NCBI GenBank assembly: GCA_051747385.1
Contig: JBNJGB010000023.1
Coordinates: 16,720-80,719, forward strand
Direction: 5' to 3'
From: Myxococcota bacterium
Lineage (GTDB): Bacteria > Myxococcota_A > UBA9042 > PHBI01 > JACKFB01
Length of the DNA stretch: 64,000 bases
This document shows positions 25,320 through 34,289 of this stretch, piece by piece. Position 1 is the stretch's first letter. Every line of letters begins with the position of its first letter. A program made the translations under genes and the position numbers. A model generated the notes under the pieces. That model was given only the letters and a program-made list of their open reading frames with translations. It searched no databases and was not told the origin of the DNA.

Positions 25320-28004
25320 ATGTACCGCGTCCCGAGCCCCCACGTCCCGAGCAGCGAGGAGCTCCTCGACCGCCTGGAGAGCGATCAGGACGGGTTGGAG
25401 GAGCACGTCGCGCAGGAGCGGCTCGAGAGCGTGGGCCCCAACCGCCTCCCGAGCGCGCCGCCGGTGTCGCCGTGGGCGGTGCTGCTCCACCAGTTCCAGA
25501 GCCCGCTCATCTACGTCCTGGCGGCCGCGGCGGTCGTGTCGACGGCCATCGGCGAGATGGGGGACGCCGGGTTCATCGCCGCGGTCCTGGCCATCAACGC
25601 GATCATCGGCGGGATCCAGGAGTGGAAGGCGGAGAAGAGCAGCCGCGCCCTGCAGCAGCTCCTCAGGGTGCGCGCCACGGTGCTGCGGGACGGCATCCCG
25701 CGGGAGGTCGACGCCGAGGGGCTGGTCCCGGGCGACGTGGTCTGGCTCGAGTCCGGCAACCGGGTGCCGGCCGACGTCCGGCTGCTGTCGGCGGAGGGGC
25801 TGGAGGTCGACGAGTCCCTGCTGACCGGCGAGTCGCTGCCGGTGACCAAGGACCTGGACTGGCAGGGGTCCGAGGACACCCCGGTCAGCGATCGCCGGAA
25901 CATGGCCTGGGCCGGCAGCGTGGTGGCGAGGGGGAGGGCCCGGGCCGTCGTGACGGCGACCGGCTCCGACACCGAGATGGGCAAGCTGGCCAGGTCCGTC
26001 ACCGTGGGGGGCGGGAAGCCGCCGCTGCTCGTGCGCATGGAGCGCTTCACCCGCGTCATCGGGATCACCGTCCTCGTCGCCGCGCTGCTGGTGGGCGTCT
26101 TCGGCGTCCTCGTCCAGGGCCAGTCCGTGGTGGAGATGTTCCTGTTCGCCGTCGCGCTGGCTGTGTCCGCCATCCCCGAGGGACTCCCCGTGGCCATGAC
26201 GGTCGCCCTGGCCGTCGCGACGAACCGGATGGTCCGCCGCGGCGTCATCGTCCGACGCCTCGCCGCCGTGGAGGGCCTGGGGAGCTGCACCCTGGTGGCC
26301 ACCGACAAGACGGGCACGCTCACCTGCAACGAGCTGACGGTGGTGCGGATCCGCCTGCCCGACGGCTCCGAGTACGAGGTGAGCGGCCAAGGCTATCGCC
26401 CGGAGGGGGAGGTCCTGCTGTCCGACGAGGCGCCGCCTGGCGACCGGGAGCGGATCGCGGACCTCGCGCGGGTCGCGGCCCTGTGCAACGAGGCCACGCT
26501 CCACCGGACGGACGACGACTGGACCTGGCGCGGGGATCCCACGGACGTGGCCCTGCTCGCGTTCGCCTGGAAGGCGGGATGCGTCCGGGAGGAGGCCCTG
26601 GTGCGCTGGCCGGAGGCGAGCCGCATCCCGTTCGAGTCGGAGCGGCGGTTCGCGGCGAGCTTTCACGCCCACGGGCGCGACGAGGGGCCCACGCTGGTGG
26701 TCGCGAAGGGCGGCCCGGAGCGCATCCTGGAGATGTGCGCAGCCGGGCCGGAGGGGGAGCACGACACGGACGCCCTGCTCGCGGATGCCACCGATCTCGC
26801 CTCCCGGGGCTACCGCGTGCTCGGGCTGGCCGAGGCGGAGCTGCCCAGGGCCCCCCCGTCCGAGCGCCCTCCGCCCGAGCCCTCCGGGCTGCGCTTCGTC
26901 GGCTTCGTGGGGATGATCGATCCGCCGCGCCCCGGGGTCCGCGAGGCCATCGCGGAGTGCCACGAGGCGGGGGTCGGGGTCGTGATGGTGACGGGAGACC
27001 ACCCCGTGACGGCCGTGGCCATCGCCCGGGAGCTGGGCATCGCGGGAGAGGACGACGAGGTCATCACCGGCGCGGAGCTGGCGATCACGCCCACCGATCA
27101 GCTCGCGGACAGGCTCACGCGCGCCCCGGTCTACGCCCGGGTGTCGCCCGGGCAGAAGCTGGACATCGTCCGGGCGGCGCGGGAGGCGGGGCACTTCGTC
27201 GCGGTGACCGGCGACGGCGTCAACGACGCCCCGGCCCTCCGCCAGGCCAACATCGGCGTCGCCATGGGTCGGAGCGGCACCGACGTCGCCCGCGAGTCGG
27301 CGGAGCTGGTCCTCACCGACGACGACTTCTCCTCCATCGTCGCGGGCGTGGAGGAGGGGCGCGTCGCCTACGACAACGTGCGCAAGGTCATCTACCTGCT
27401 CATCTCGACGGGCGCGGCGGAAGTTCTGCTCGTCGGCCTGTCCCTGGTGGCCGGCATGCCCCTGCCCCTGCTCCCGGTGCAGCTCCTGTGGCTGAACCTG
27501 GTCACCAACGGCATCCAGGACGTGGCCCTGGCCTTCGAGCCGGCGGAGGAGGACGTGCTCCGGCGCCCGCCCCGACGCCCCGACGAGCCCATCTTCGAGC
27601 GCCTGATGATCGAGCGGACCCTCGTCGGCGCCGGGGTGATGGGCCTCCTCGGGTTCGGGGTCTTCCGGTGGCTCCTGGACAGCGGGTGGGAGGTGGCCGA
27701 GGCGCGGAACGCCCTGCTCCTCCTCATGGTGCTGTTCGAGAACGTCCACATCGGCAACTGCCGCTCCGAGACCCGGTCCCTGTTCAAGATGCCGGTCTTC
27801 CGGAGCCCGATCCTCCTGGCGGCCGTGCTCGTGGCCCTCGGCCTGCACGTGGTGGCCATGTACGCGCCCGGCCTCGGCGACGTCCTGGGCGCGTCGCCCC
27901 TGCCTCTGGAGACGTGGCTGGTGCTGTTCGGCGTGGCGCTCCTGGTGGCCGTGGCCATGGAGATCCACAAGTGGACGTGGGCGCGTCGTTCAGCGGCGGC
28001 GTGA
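25320..28004 (+). CDS. cation-transporting P-type ATPase (P2-type, HAD-IC family)
   Basis: N-terminal Cation_ATPase_N-like EELLDRLESDQDGLEEHVAQERLESVGPNRLP. Phosphorylation site ATDKTGTLT. Also MVTGDHPVTA and hinge VTGDGVNDAPALRQANIGVAMG. About 10 TM, 894 aa. Confidence 0.92.
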   Translation: MYRVPSPHVPSSEELLDRLESDQDGLEEHVAQERLESVGPNRLPSAPPVSPWAVLLHQFQSPLIYVLAAAAVVSTAIGEMGDAGFIAAVLAINAIIGGIQEWKAEKSSRALQQLLRVRATVLRDGIPREVDAEGLVPGDVVWLESGNRVPADVRLLSAEGLEVDESLLTGESLPVTKDLDWQGSEDTPVSDRRNMAWAGSVVARGRARAVVTATGSDTEMGKLARSVTVGGGKPPLLVRMERFTRVIGITVLVAALLVGVFGVLVQGQSVVEMFLFAVALAVSAIPEGLPVAMTVALAVATNRMVRRGVIVRRLAAVEGLGSCTLVATDKTGTLTCNELTVVRIRLPDGSEYEVSGQGYRPEGEVLLSDEAPPGDRERIADLARVAALCNEATLHRTDDDWTWRGDPTDVALLAFAWKAGCVREEALVRWPEASRIPFESERRFAASFHAHGRDEGPTLVVAKGGPERILEMCAAGPEGEHDTDALLADATDLASRGYRVLGLAEAELPRAPPSERPPPEPSGLRFVGFVGMIDPPRPGVREAIAECHEAGVGVVMVTGDHPVTAVAIARELGIAGEDDEVITGAELAITPTDQLADRLTRAPVYARVSPGQKLDIVRAAREAGHFVAVTGDGVNDAPALRQANIGVAMGRSGTDVARESAELVLTDDDFSSIVAGVEEGRVAYDNVRKVIYLLISTGAAEVLLVGLSLVAGMPLPLLPVQLLWLNLVTNGIQDVALAFEPAEEDVLRRPPRRPDEPIFERLMIERTLVGAGVMGLLGFGVFRWLLDSGWEVAEARNALLLLMVLFENVHIGNCRSETRSLFKMPVFRSPILLAAVLVALGLHVVAMYAPGLGDVLGASPLPLETWLVLFGVALLVAVAMEIHKWTWARRSAAA

Positions 28005-28071
28005 CGATCTCCGCCCCGGCCCTTTCCCGCGGTCACCCCGTCCGCTAGGTTCGTCTCAATCGGAGGACAAT

Positions 28072-28923
28072 ATGGTGGATGATCTGATGCTCACGCGAGA
28101 GGCCATCCGGCTGGACGCGCCCGTGGAGAGCGTGCGGGACGTGGCCGGCGTCGCGGCCGCCGCGATCACCTCGATCGCGGGCATGTCGCCGGTGGAGGAC
28201 GTCAAGCAGGCCCTCTTGGACTGCTTCGAGGAGGGCGGCGTGTGCATCGGCCGCGGGGTCGCCATCCCGCACGCCGTGGTGCCCAGCGTCCGGGAGCCGG
28301 TGGTCGGGCTCGTGCGCGCGGCGACGCCCCTCGAGCTCGCCGACGCCCCGGACGGGCACCCCGTGGACCTCTTCTTCTTCGTGCTGGCGGTCGCCGGGAA
28401 GGAGAGGGAGCACCTGCAGGTCGTCGCCCACCTGGCGCGGATCGCGCGCAGCCGCTCGCTGCTGGAGGCGCTCCGCCGGGCCCGGCGGCCCGCGGAGGTC
28501 CTGGCGACGCTCGATGAGCCGACGCGGGCGGCGCCCGCGGAGACGCTCCCGGACTTCTCCCAGGGCGCGACCGAGCTGGTCCTCGTGGAGCTGGAGGGCG
28601 AGGTCGTGTCGGATCGGGTGCTCCTGGAGCTCGCCGAGCAGGGCTACGACGACTCCCTGGTGGTCGAGGGGCAGTCCCTGCGGCGGTCCCTGTCCCGCCA
28701 GCTTCCGCTGTTCGCGAGCTTCCGGGATCTCTTCGGTGATCCGGGCAGCCGCCGCCTCGTCTTCCTGGTCACCCGGGCCGAGGAGGTGGAGATCCTCGTG
28801 CGCCTGGTTCGGCGGGCGTGTCGCGACTCCGACGCCGAGGCCGCCCGCGTCCTCAGCTTCCCCCTGGCCCGGTCCTGGACCTGGAGCCCGGCGGCCGCGC
28901 CCGAGTCGACGGGTCACGGATGA
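28072..28923 (+). CDS. PTS EIIA(Ntr)-type domain protein with an uncharacterised ~130-aa C-terminal domain
   Basis: The N-terminal ~145 aa fit the EIIA type-2 pattern, including the phospho-His motif GRGVAIPHAVV and LFFFVLAV...HLQVVAHLARI. The C-terminal half (ELVLVELEGEVVSDRVLLELAEQG...RLVFLVTRAEEVEILVRLVRRA) looks like a small alpha/beta regulatory fold. GGAGG lies upstream of the ATG. Confidence 0.75.
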   Translation: MVDDLMLTREAIRLDAPVESVRDVAGVAAAAITSIAGMSPVEDVKQALLDCFEEGGVCIGRGVAIPHAVVPSVREPVVGLVRAATPLELADAPDGHPVDLFFFVLAVAGKEREHLQVVAHLARIARSRSLLEALRRARRPAEVLATLDEPTRAAPAETLPDFSQGATELVLVELEGEVVSDRVLLELAEQGYDDSLVVEGQSLRRSLSRQLPLFASFRDLFGDPGSRRLVFLVTRAEEVEILVRLVRRACRDSDAEAARVLSFPLARSWTWSPAAAPESTGHG

Positions 28924-30155
28924 CGACGGTCGCGATCTTCGCGGTGCTGGTGGCTGTGGCGGTCCTGGCCACGTGGCGGCGGCTGGCGCGGTTCAGGAAG
29001 GCCCTCGGGCTGGGCCACCTCGTGGTCACCGGACACCTGTTCCTCGTGATGGGCTACCTGGTCGGGCTCCCCCTGACCTCTTCCCAGCGCGCGGACCTCC
29101 TGCCCGGCCTGACGCCCGTGACCGCCGTCGTCGCCGGCTGGGTGGGCTTCACCGTGGGCATGGCGTTCCACCACCGGGTGCTGCGGCGGGTGTCCGGGGC
29201 GGCGTGCGCGGTGGCCCTGGCGCCCGGGGTGGCCTCCGCCGCCGTCGTCGGCGTCCTGGGCCTGGGGATGCTCGCCCTGGCCGGCGTGGAGGGCCACCGC
29301 GCGGTCGCCGCGGCCCTGGTGCTCGCCGCCGTCGCCTCCGTGAGCGCGCCCACCCTGCCCCGGGCGGCCCGGGATCGCCCCCTGGGCCGCTCGGCGCCCG
29401 TCCGCGGAGCCCTCCGCATGATGGAGTTCGCGGCCGGGCTCGAGAACCTGGTCGCCGTCGCCCTGGCGCTGCTGGCCTTCGCGGTGCTCCGCGGCGCCCC
29501 CGACGGGCTCGGGATCGTGACGTGGTGGCTCGGCTCGGTGGCCCTCGGCGCCATCGCCGGCTTCTGCGGCTGGCTCTTCCTGGGTGGGAAGGCCACGGGG
29601 GACGAGCGCCTCCTCCTGGGCCTCGGCGTCGTGGCCGTGTCGGCCGGCCTCGGGGAGTGGCTGGGCCTGTCGCCCGAGGGGGTCTGCGCCGTGTCCGGGG
29701 CCACCCTCGTGAACCTGCCCGGTGATCGCATGACCCGCCTCCGCCTCACGATGGAGCGGGTCGAGCGGCCGGCCTTCGTGATCCTCATGGCGCTGGTGGG
29801 CTTCTACGCGGCCGGCTTCGGGCACTGGGCGATCCTGCCGCTGCTCGGGCTGCTCACGGTCGTTCGCGGCGCGACCCGGTGGCTCGCGGGGCGGAGCGGC
29901 CGGGCCGCGGAGTTCGAGCAGAGCGACCTCCAGGCGCCCGCCAACTGGGGCCTGGGCCTCGTGACCCAGGGCGGGCTCGGGCTCGTGATCGCCCTGACCT
30001 TCTATCAGGTGTGGCACGCGCCGGCGGCCGGCTGGATCCTGGTCGCCGCGGCGGCGTCCGCGGTGGTGAACGAGGCCGTGGGACCCCGGCTCCTGGCCCG
30101 CGCGCTCGACGCGCCGACGGCGCCGCCTTCCATGCCCAGGGGGAACGGGCCATGA
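28920..30155 (+). CDS. polytopic membrane protein, distant cation:proton antiporter (Na_H_exchanger-like)
   Basis: ATG 28920 overlaps the EIIA stop (ATGA). About 11-12 hydrophobic helices (MTTVAIFAVLVAVAVLATW..., GHLFLVMGYLVGLPL...). Its resemblance to the CPA family is weaker than for the next gene. Confidence 0.5.
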   Translation: MTTVAIFAVLVAVAVLATWRRLARFRKALGLGHLVVTGHLFLVMGYLVGLPLTSSQRADLLPGLTPVTAVVAGWVGFTVGMAFHHRVLRRVSGAACAVALAPGVASAAVVGVLGLGMLALAGVEGHRAVAAALVLAAVASVSAPTLPRAARDRPLGRSAPVRGALRMMEFAAGLENLVAVALALLAFAVLRGAPDGLGIVTWWLGSVALGAIAGFCGWLFLGGKATGDERLLLGLGVVAVSAGLGEWLGLSPEGVCAVSGATLVNLPGDRMTRLRLTMERVERPAFVILMALVGFYAAGFGHWAILPLLGLLTVVRGATRWLAGRSGRAAEFEQSDLQAPANWGLGLVTQGGLGLVIALTFYQVWHAPAAGWILVAAAASAVVNEAVGPRLLARALDAPTAPPSMPRGNGP

Positions 30156-31468
30156 CCGCCGAGCGCCTCCTGTACCGCGCCCTGCCGCTGGCGCTCCTGC
30201 TGCTCGCGCTGGGATTGCTGCGCGCCAGCGATCTGATCGCCGACCCGGGCGGCACTCGGGGCACGGCCGTGGCCCTCGGCTTCCTCCTGGTGGCGTCGTT
30301 CGTGGCCGGCAAGGTCGCCGTGCGCTTCGGGCTGCCGCGCATCACCGGGTATCTCCTGGCCGGGCTGCTCCTGGGCCCGGCCGTGAGCCACCTCCTGACC
30401 GCGGAGATGCTGGCCGGCCGGAAGGTGGTGGGGGGTATCGCCGTGGCCCTCATCGCCCTGACCGCTGGCGGAGAGCTGAAGCTGCCCTGGCTGAAGCGCA
30501 GCCTCCGGAGCGTCTCCGCCATCGCCGTCGTGGAGCTGATGGCCGTGCTCCTGGGCCTGTGGGCCGCCATCCAGGGCCTGCAGCACGCGGTGGGCATCTT
30601 CCCGCCGAACCTGCTCCCGGAGGGCGGCGACGCCATGGGCCTGGTGGCCCTGGTCCTTGCTGCCATCGCGGTCGCCAACTCGCCCGCCGTGGCCATCGCC
30701 GTCATCAACGACAGCCGCGCCGACGGGCCCGTCGCCCGCACGGTGCTCGGCGTCACGATCCTCAAGGACCTCCTGGTGGTCGTCCTCTTCGCGGTGGTGA
30801 TGTCCTTCGCCCGCCACCAGCTCGGCGAGGGCGCCGGCGAGTCCCTGGCGGTGGTCCTGTCGCGGGAGCTGCTGGGCTCCGTCGCCCTGGGCCTCGTGGC
30901 GGGCTGGATCGTGGTCTGGTACCTGCGGCACGTGGGTCGCGAGCTCCCGGTCTTCGTCCTCGTGGTCTGCTTCGCCCTCTACCAGCTCTCTTCGATCCTG
31001 CACCTGGAGCTCATCCTGGCCGCCGTGGCGGCGGGCTTCTACGTGGAGAACTTCTCCGACGGCCTGGGGCACCGGCTGGTGGAGGCCCTGGAGCGCGTCT
31101 CCCTGCCCGTCTACGCGTTGTTCTTCGCCGGCGCCGGCACCAAGGTGGACCTGGGCGTCCTGGCCACCCTGTGGCTGCCCGCCGTGCTCCTGGTGCTGAC
31201 GCGCGCCCTGACGATCTTCGTCGGCACCTGGCTGGGCGCGCGCATGTCGGGGGCCGGGCCGACGGTGCGCCGCTGGGCCTGGACGGGCTTCGTCAGCCAG
31301 GCCGGGGTGTCCCTGGCCCTCGCGGCCATCGTCGCGCGGACGTTCCCCGGCTGGGGCGAGCAGCTCGAGATCCTCCTCATCGCCCTGGTGGCCATCCACG
31401 AGCTGGTGGGCCCGCCGCTGTTCCTCTTCGCCCTCCGCCGCTCCGGCGAGGTGGACAAGCGGGAGTGA
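30152..31468 (+). CDS. cation:proton antiporter (CPA-type, Kef/NhaP-like membrane domain, no RCK/KTN domain)
   Basis: ATG 30152 overlaps the upstream stop (ATGA). VAGKVAVRFGLPRITGYLLAGLLLGPAVSHLL...ALIALTAGGELKL is typical of the Na_H_exchanger family. 438 aa, fully membrane-embedded. Confidence 0.8.
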   Translation: MTAERLLYRALPLALLLLALGLLRASDLIADPGGTRGTAVALGFLLVASFVAGKVAVRFGLPRITGYLLAGLLLGPAVSHLLTAEMLAGRKVVGGIAVALIALTAGGELKLPWLKRSLRSVSAIAVVELMAVLLGLWAAIQGLQHAVGIFPPNLLPEGGDAMGLVALVLAAIAVANSPAVAIAVINDSRADGPVARTVLGVTILKDLLVVVLFAVVMSFARHQLGEGAGESLAVVLSRELLGSVALGLVAGWIVVWYLRHVGRELPVFVLVVCFALYQLSSILHLELILAAVAAGFYVENFSDGLGHRLVEALERVSLPVYALFFAGAGTKVDLGVLATLWLPAVLLVLTRALTIFVGTWLGARMSGAGPTVRRWAWTGFVSQAGVSLALAAIVARTFPGWGEQLEILLIALVAIHELVGPPLFLFALRRSGEVDKRE

Positions 31469-31524
31469 GGCCACGCTCGGGGCCGCCTGTCGATTCCACA
31501 CGAGTCCCGTCGATGCTCCGCCAC

Positions 31525-31658
31525 GTGGCCGTGGTCGCCGGTCGCCGGTCGCCGGTCGTGGCCGTGGTCGCCGGTCGCCGGTCGTGGCCGTGGCCGTCGT
31601 CGTGGCCGTGGTCGTGGCCGTGGCCGTGGCCGTGGTCCTGGTCGCCGGTCGTGGTCGA
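31525..31658. repeat. compound hexanucleotide microsatellite (GTGGCC / GTGGTC / GCCGGT units)
   Basis: gtggccgtggtcgccggtcgccggtcgccggtcgtggccgtggtcgccggtcgccggtcgtggccgtggccgtcgtcgtggccgtggtcgtggccgtggccgtggccgtggtcctggtcgccggtcgtggtc. It lies in the 560-bp gap between the antiporter gene and the lipoprotein cluster. Confidence 0.85.
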
Positions 31659-32030
31659 GACCGGTCGTTCGGCCCGGTGCCATCGCGTCGGAGCCGTCGG
31701 GGCCGGCGCTCGGCTCAAGGCCCATCGCACCTCGGCCGCGGGTGGCCCACCCCCACCCACCCTCCTGTGACGAGGCCGGGCCGGATCGTTGCGCGCAAAG
31801 TGGCGCCGTCCCGCAACCGCGCGGCGTTGAGGTCTCGTGCTCGCCGGCCGGGCTCCCTCCCGCCTCCGAGCGGCGTCTGCGATCGGCCTCCCGGCGGCGT
31901 CCACGCGGGAAGTCGGGCCCCCGGCGTCCGGTTTGACTCCAACGGACCCATCACGGAAACTCGGCTGGGTTGGAATCTCCTTGAAATCGTTGGTCGACCG
32001 CGGGTCGGCGGCGATGCTGCGGGACGAACG

Positions 32031-34106
32031 ATGCGGACGAATCCCAGCCCCCACGTGCTCCTGTACACCCTGGCCGCGGTCCTGCTCGCGACCGCCGTGG
32101 TCCTCGGCGGCTGCTCGGAGGACGGCGGCGACGGTGATACGGCCGACGCTGGCGACGTGTCCTCCGGGGACGTGGAGGAGGACCTCCAGCCGGGCCAGGT
32201 CTGCAAGCCGGGCACGGCCCGCGAGTGCATCGTCGAGGGCGGCAAGCAGGCCGTCATCTGCAACGCCTCGGGCACGGCGTGGGTCGAGGGCATCTGCAAG
32301 GGACCCGACGGCCGCGACAGCAAGTGCGTCGACGGGTCCTGCACCGCCTGCTTCCCGGGCACCATGAAGTGCGACGGCGAGGACAAGGTGCTCCGGTGCT
32401 CCGACGACGGCTCCGAGTGGGAACTCCACCAGGAGTGCAAGGGCGGCACCACCGGCCAGGTGTGCGCCCTGGACCTCACGGGGAACACGTGCGAGAGCCT
32501 CTGCTCCATCAACATCAAGTTCAACAGCTACATCGGCTGCGACTACTGGGGCGTCGACCTGGACAACGCCTTCGTCCCGGGCGGTCGCGGCTACTACGAC
32601 GCCGCCAACGCCCAGTACGCCATCGCCGTCGGGAACCCGCCCGACTCGCCGCTGCCAGCCATCGTCGAGGTCTGGTACCTCGAGGACGGGGTCGCCCAGA
32701 AGGTCCCCAAGCACTACGGGCCGGGCCAGGATCCGGCGAAGGAGGACCCGGCGGAGCCCGTCCCCACGGAGCCGCTCATGCCGGGCGACCTCCGTGTGTT
32801 CCGCCTGCCGCCGCGCAACGTGGAGGGGACGGTCCAGGCGCCCCTGGCCTATCGGATCACCGCGTCCGTGCCGATCTTCGCCTACCAGTTCAACCCGCTC
32901 GAGAACGAGCAGGTCTTCTCCAACGACGCGAGCCTGCTCCTGCCCGCCACCCTGATGGGCAAGGAGTACATCGTGATGACGCGCGAGCAGACCTTCGACA
33001 CCCTGCGGAGCTACCTCACGGTGGTGGCTGTCCTGCCTGGCACGACCACGGTGAGCGTCGACGTGAGCGGCTCCACGCTGTCCGGGGCGATCGACTCGGC
33101 GTCGGGCGAGACGGGGGATATCCCGCACATGGAGCCCGGGACCACGAAGGTCTTCAAGCTCGAGCAGTACGACGTCCTGAACATCGAGACGGACCGGCCC
33201 GGCGAGGACATGACCGGCTCGCGGATCCTGGCGGACAAGCGCGTGGCGGTCTTCGGAGGCTCGGAGGCCTCCAACGCGCCCAACACGGCCCGCTGCATCG
33301 TCGACGAGGACTCGGTGACGGGCGGCGGCGTCTGCGAGTTCGACGGCGAGACCAGCTGCGAGACGCTGATGGACTGCGTGGAAGCCGGCTTCAACACCTG
33401 CTGTGCCGACCACCTAGAGCAGCAGCTCTTCCCGCTGAAGACCTGGGGCACGAGCTACGTGGCCACCAAGAGCTGGGATCGGGGCGAGGAGTCCGACATC
33501 TGGCGCCTCATGGCCGGCGCGGACAACACGAAGGTGGTCCTGGTGCCGCCGCTGACCACGCCCGACGGCGAGAGCATCAAGGTGCCGGTCCTGAACAAGG
33601 GCGAGTGGTTCGAGTTCGAGAGCCGCAAGGACTTCGAGGTCCACTCGGTGGACGGCAAGCCCATCCTCCTGGGCCAGTTCCTCGCCGCGCAGGACGCCCC
33701 GGATCCCAACGTGGCGGGCACCTCGAACACGGGGGACGCCGGGACCGGCGACCCGGCCTTCATGCTCTCCGTGCCCGTGGAGCAGTACCGGCGCGATCTG
33801 GTGGTCTACACGCCCGCCGAGTACCAGGACAGCTACCTGAACATCACCACGGAGACGGGGGCGCAGGTTACGCTCGACGGCGAGCAGATCCCCCCCGGGT
33901 TCTTCGAGGTCATCGGCTCGGGCGACTACAGTGTCCATCGAACCCGCGTCGAGCCCGGCCCCCACACGATCTCCTCCAGCGAGCCCGCCGGGGTGATCGT
34001 CTACGGATACGACCAGTACGTCTCCTACGCCTACACCGGGGGCCTCAGCCTCGAGGAGCTGAACAAGGAGGACCCGTTCACCGGGCCCGCCGTCGAGGAC
34101 GAGTGA
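32031..34106 (+). CDS. lipoprotein with Cys-rich N-terminal region and IgGFc_binding-like domain
   Basis: The track ORF starts at 31584. I prefer ATG 32031: MRTNPSPHVLLYTLAAVLLATAVVLGGCSEDGGDGD (lipobox). The body fits the IgGFc-binding N-terminal domain pattern as I remember it: ...ASLLLPATLMGKEYIVMT..., TGDPAFMLSVPVEQY, YLNITTETGAQVTLDGEQIP, GPHTISSSEPAGVIVYGYDQYVSYAYTGG. Confidence 0.75.
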   Translation: MRTNPSPHVLLYTLAAVLLATAVVLGGCSEDGGDGDTADAGDVSSGDVEEDLQPGQVCKPGTARECIVEGGKQAVICNASGTAWVEGICKGPDGRDSKCVDGSCTACFPGTMKCDGEDKVLRCSDDGSEWELHQECKGGTTGQVCALDLTGNTCESLCSINIKFNSYIGCDYWGVDLDNAFVPGGRGYYDAANAQYAIAVGNPPDSPLPAIVEVWYLEDGVAQKVPKHYGPGQDPAKEDPAEPVPTEPLMPGDLRVFRLPPRNVEGTVQAPLAYRITASVPIFAYQFNPLENEQVFSNDASLLLPATLMGKEYIVMTREQTFDTLRSYLTVVAVLPGTTTVSVDVSGSTLSGAIDSASGETGDIPHMEPGTTKVFKLEQYDVLNIETDRPGEDMTGSRILADKRVAVFGGSEASNAPNTARCIVDEDSVTGGGVCEFDGETSCETLMDCVEAGFNTCCADHLEQQLFPLKTWGTSYVATKSWDRGEESDIWRLMAGADNTKVVLVPPLTTPDGESIKVPVLNKGEWFEFESRKDFEVHSVDGKPILLGQFLAAQDAPDPNVAGTSNTGDAGTGDPAFMLSVPVEQYRRDLVVYTPAEYQDSYLNITTETGAQVTLDGEQIPPGFFEVIGSGDYSVHRTRVEPGPHTISSSEPAGVIVYGYDQYVSYAYTGGLSLEELNKEDPFTGPAVEDE

Positions 34107-34109
34107 GGA

Positions 34110-34272
34110 GACTCCTGTGAAGAAACTCCGGTCCGGCCCACGCCGACGATCCGACGGCGCTGTGGCGTGCCGCAGCTCCTTGAATTGGCGCTACCAGTCC
34201 TGCGTCGTTTCGTCCCACCACAGCTTGCGCCTCGGCGCCGTGGAATCGAACCTCCACTCCTTCCCAGGAGTC
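34110..34272 (+). repeat. copy A of a 163-bp MITE-like intergenic repeat with 8-bp terminal inverted repeats
   Basis: It starts GACTCCTG and ends CAGGAGTC. It aligns without gaps to 46082-46244, with 13 mismatches in 163 nt by my hand alignment. It fills most of the 183-bp gap between two cluster genes. Confidence 0.85.
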
Positions 34273-34289
34273 TAAGGACCAGGTCCCCC

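Noticed and set aside
24759-27968. Very long antisense or alternate-frame ORFs in the track. Examples: 24759..27968 (-), 36393..40160 (-), 39230..42484 (-), 53859..56399 (-), 6785..9274 (+), 13326..15320 (+), 42313..44355 (-), 56389..58644 (-), 59209..60993 (+).
   Set aside because: Their translations are monotonous R/G/P/A/H/D-rich strings with no recognisable motifs. Each lies opposite, or out of frame with, a gene that has clear family signatures. Long stop-free alternate frames are expected at this GC content.
31525-31658. A His-rich small ORF (..DHGHGHGHDHGHDDGHGHD..) on the minus strand of the hexamer microsatellite. I also considered whether this array or the 8-mer array at 56668 could be a CRISPR.
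   Set aside because: There is no start codon or RBS in frame, and the frame runs into the antiporter gene's 3' end. The units are 6-8 nt with no unique spacers, so this is not a CRISPR.
34230-34262. The minus strand of the 163-bp repeat contains GGTTCGATTCC (copy A) / GGGTCGAGTCC (copy B), which resembles a tRNA T-loop. It also contains CTGGTAGCGCC, which resembles a D-loop. I considered a tRNA gene or a tRNA-derived att site.
   Set aside because: The flanking bases pair poorly (3 of 5 T-stem pairs). The D-like segment lies 3' of the T-like segment, which is the wrong order. I could not draw an acceptor stem or an anticodon arm. The element was kept only as a repeat.
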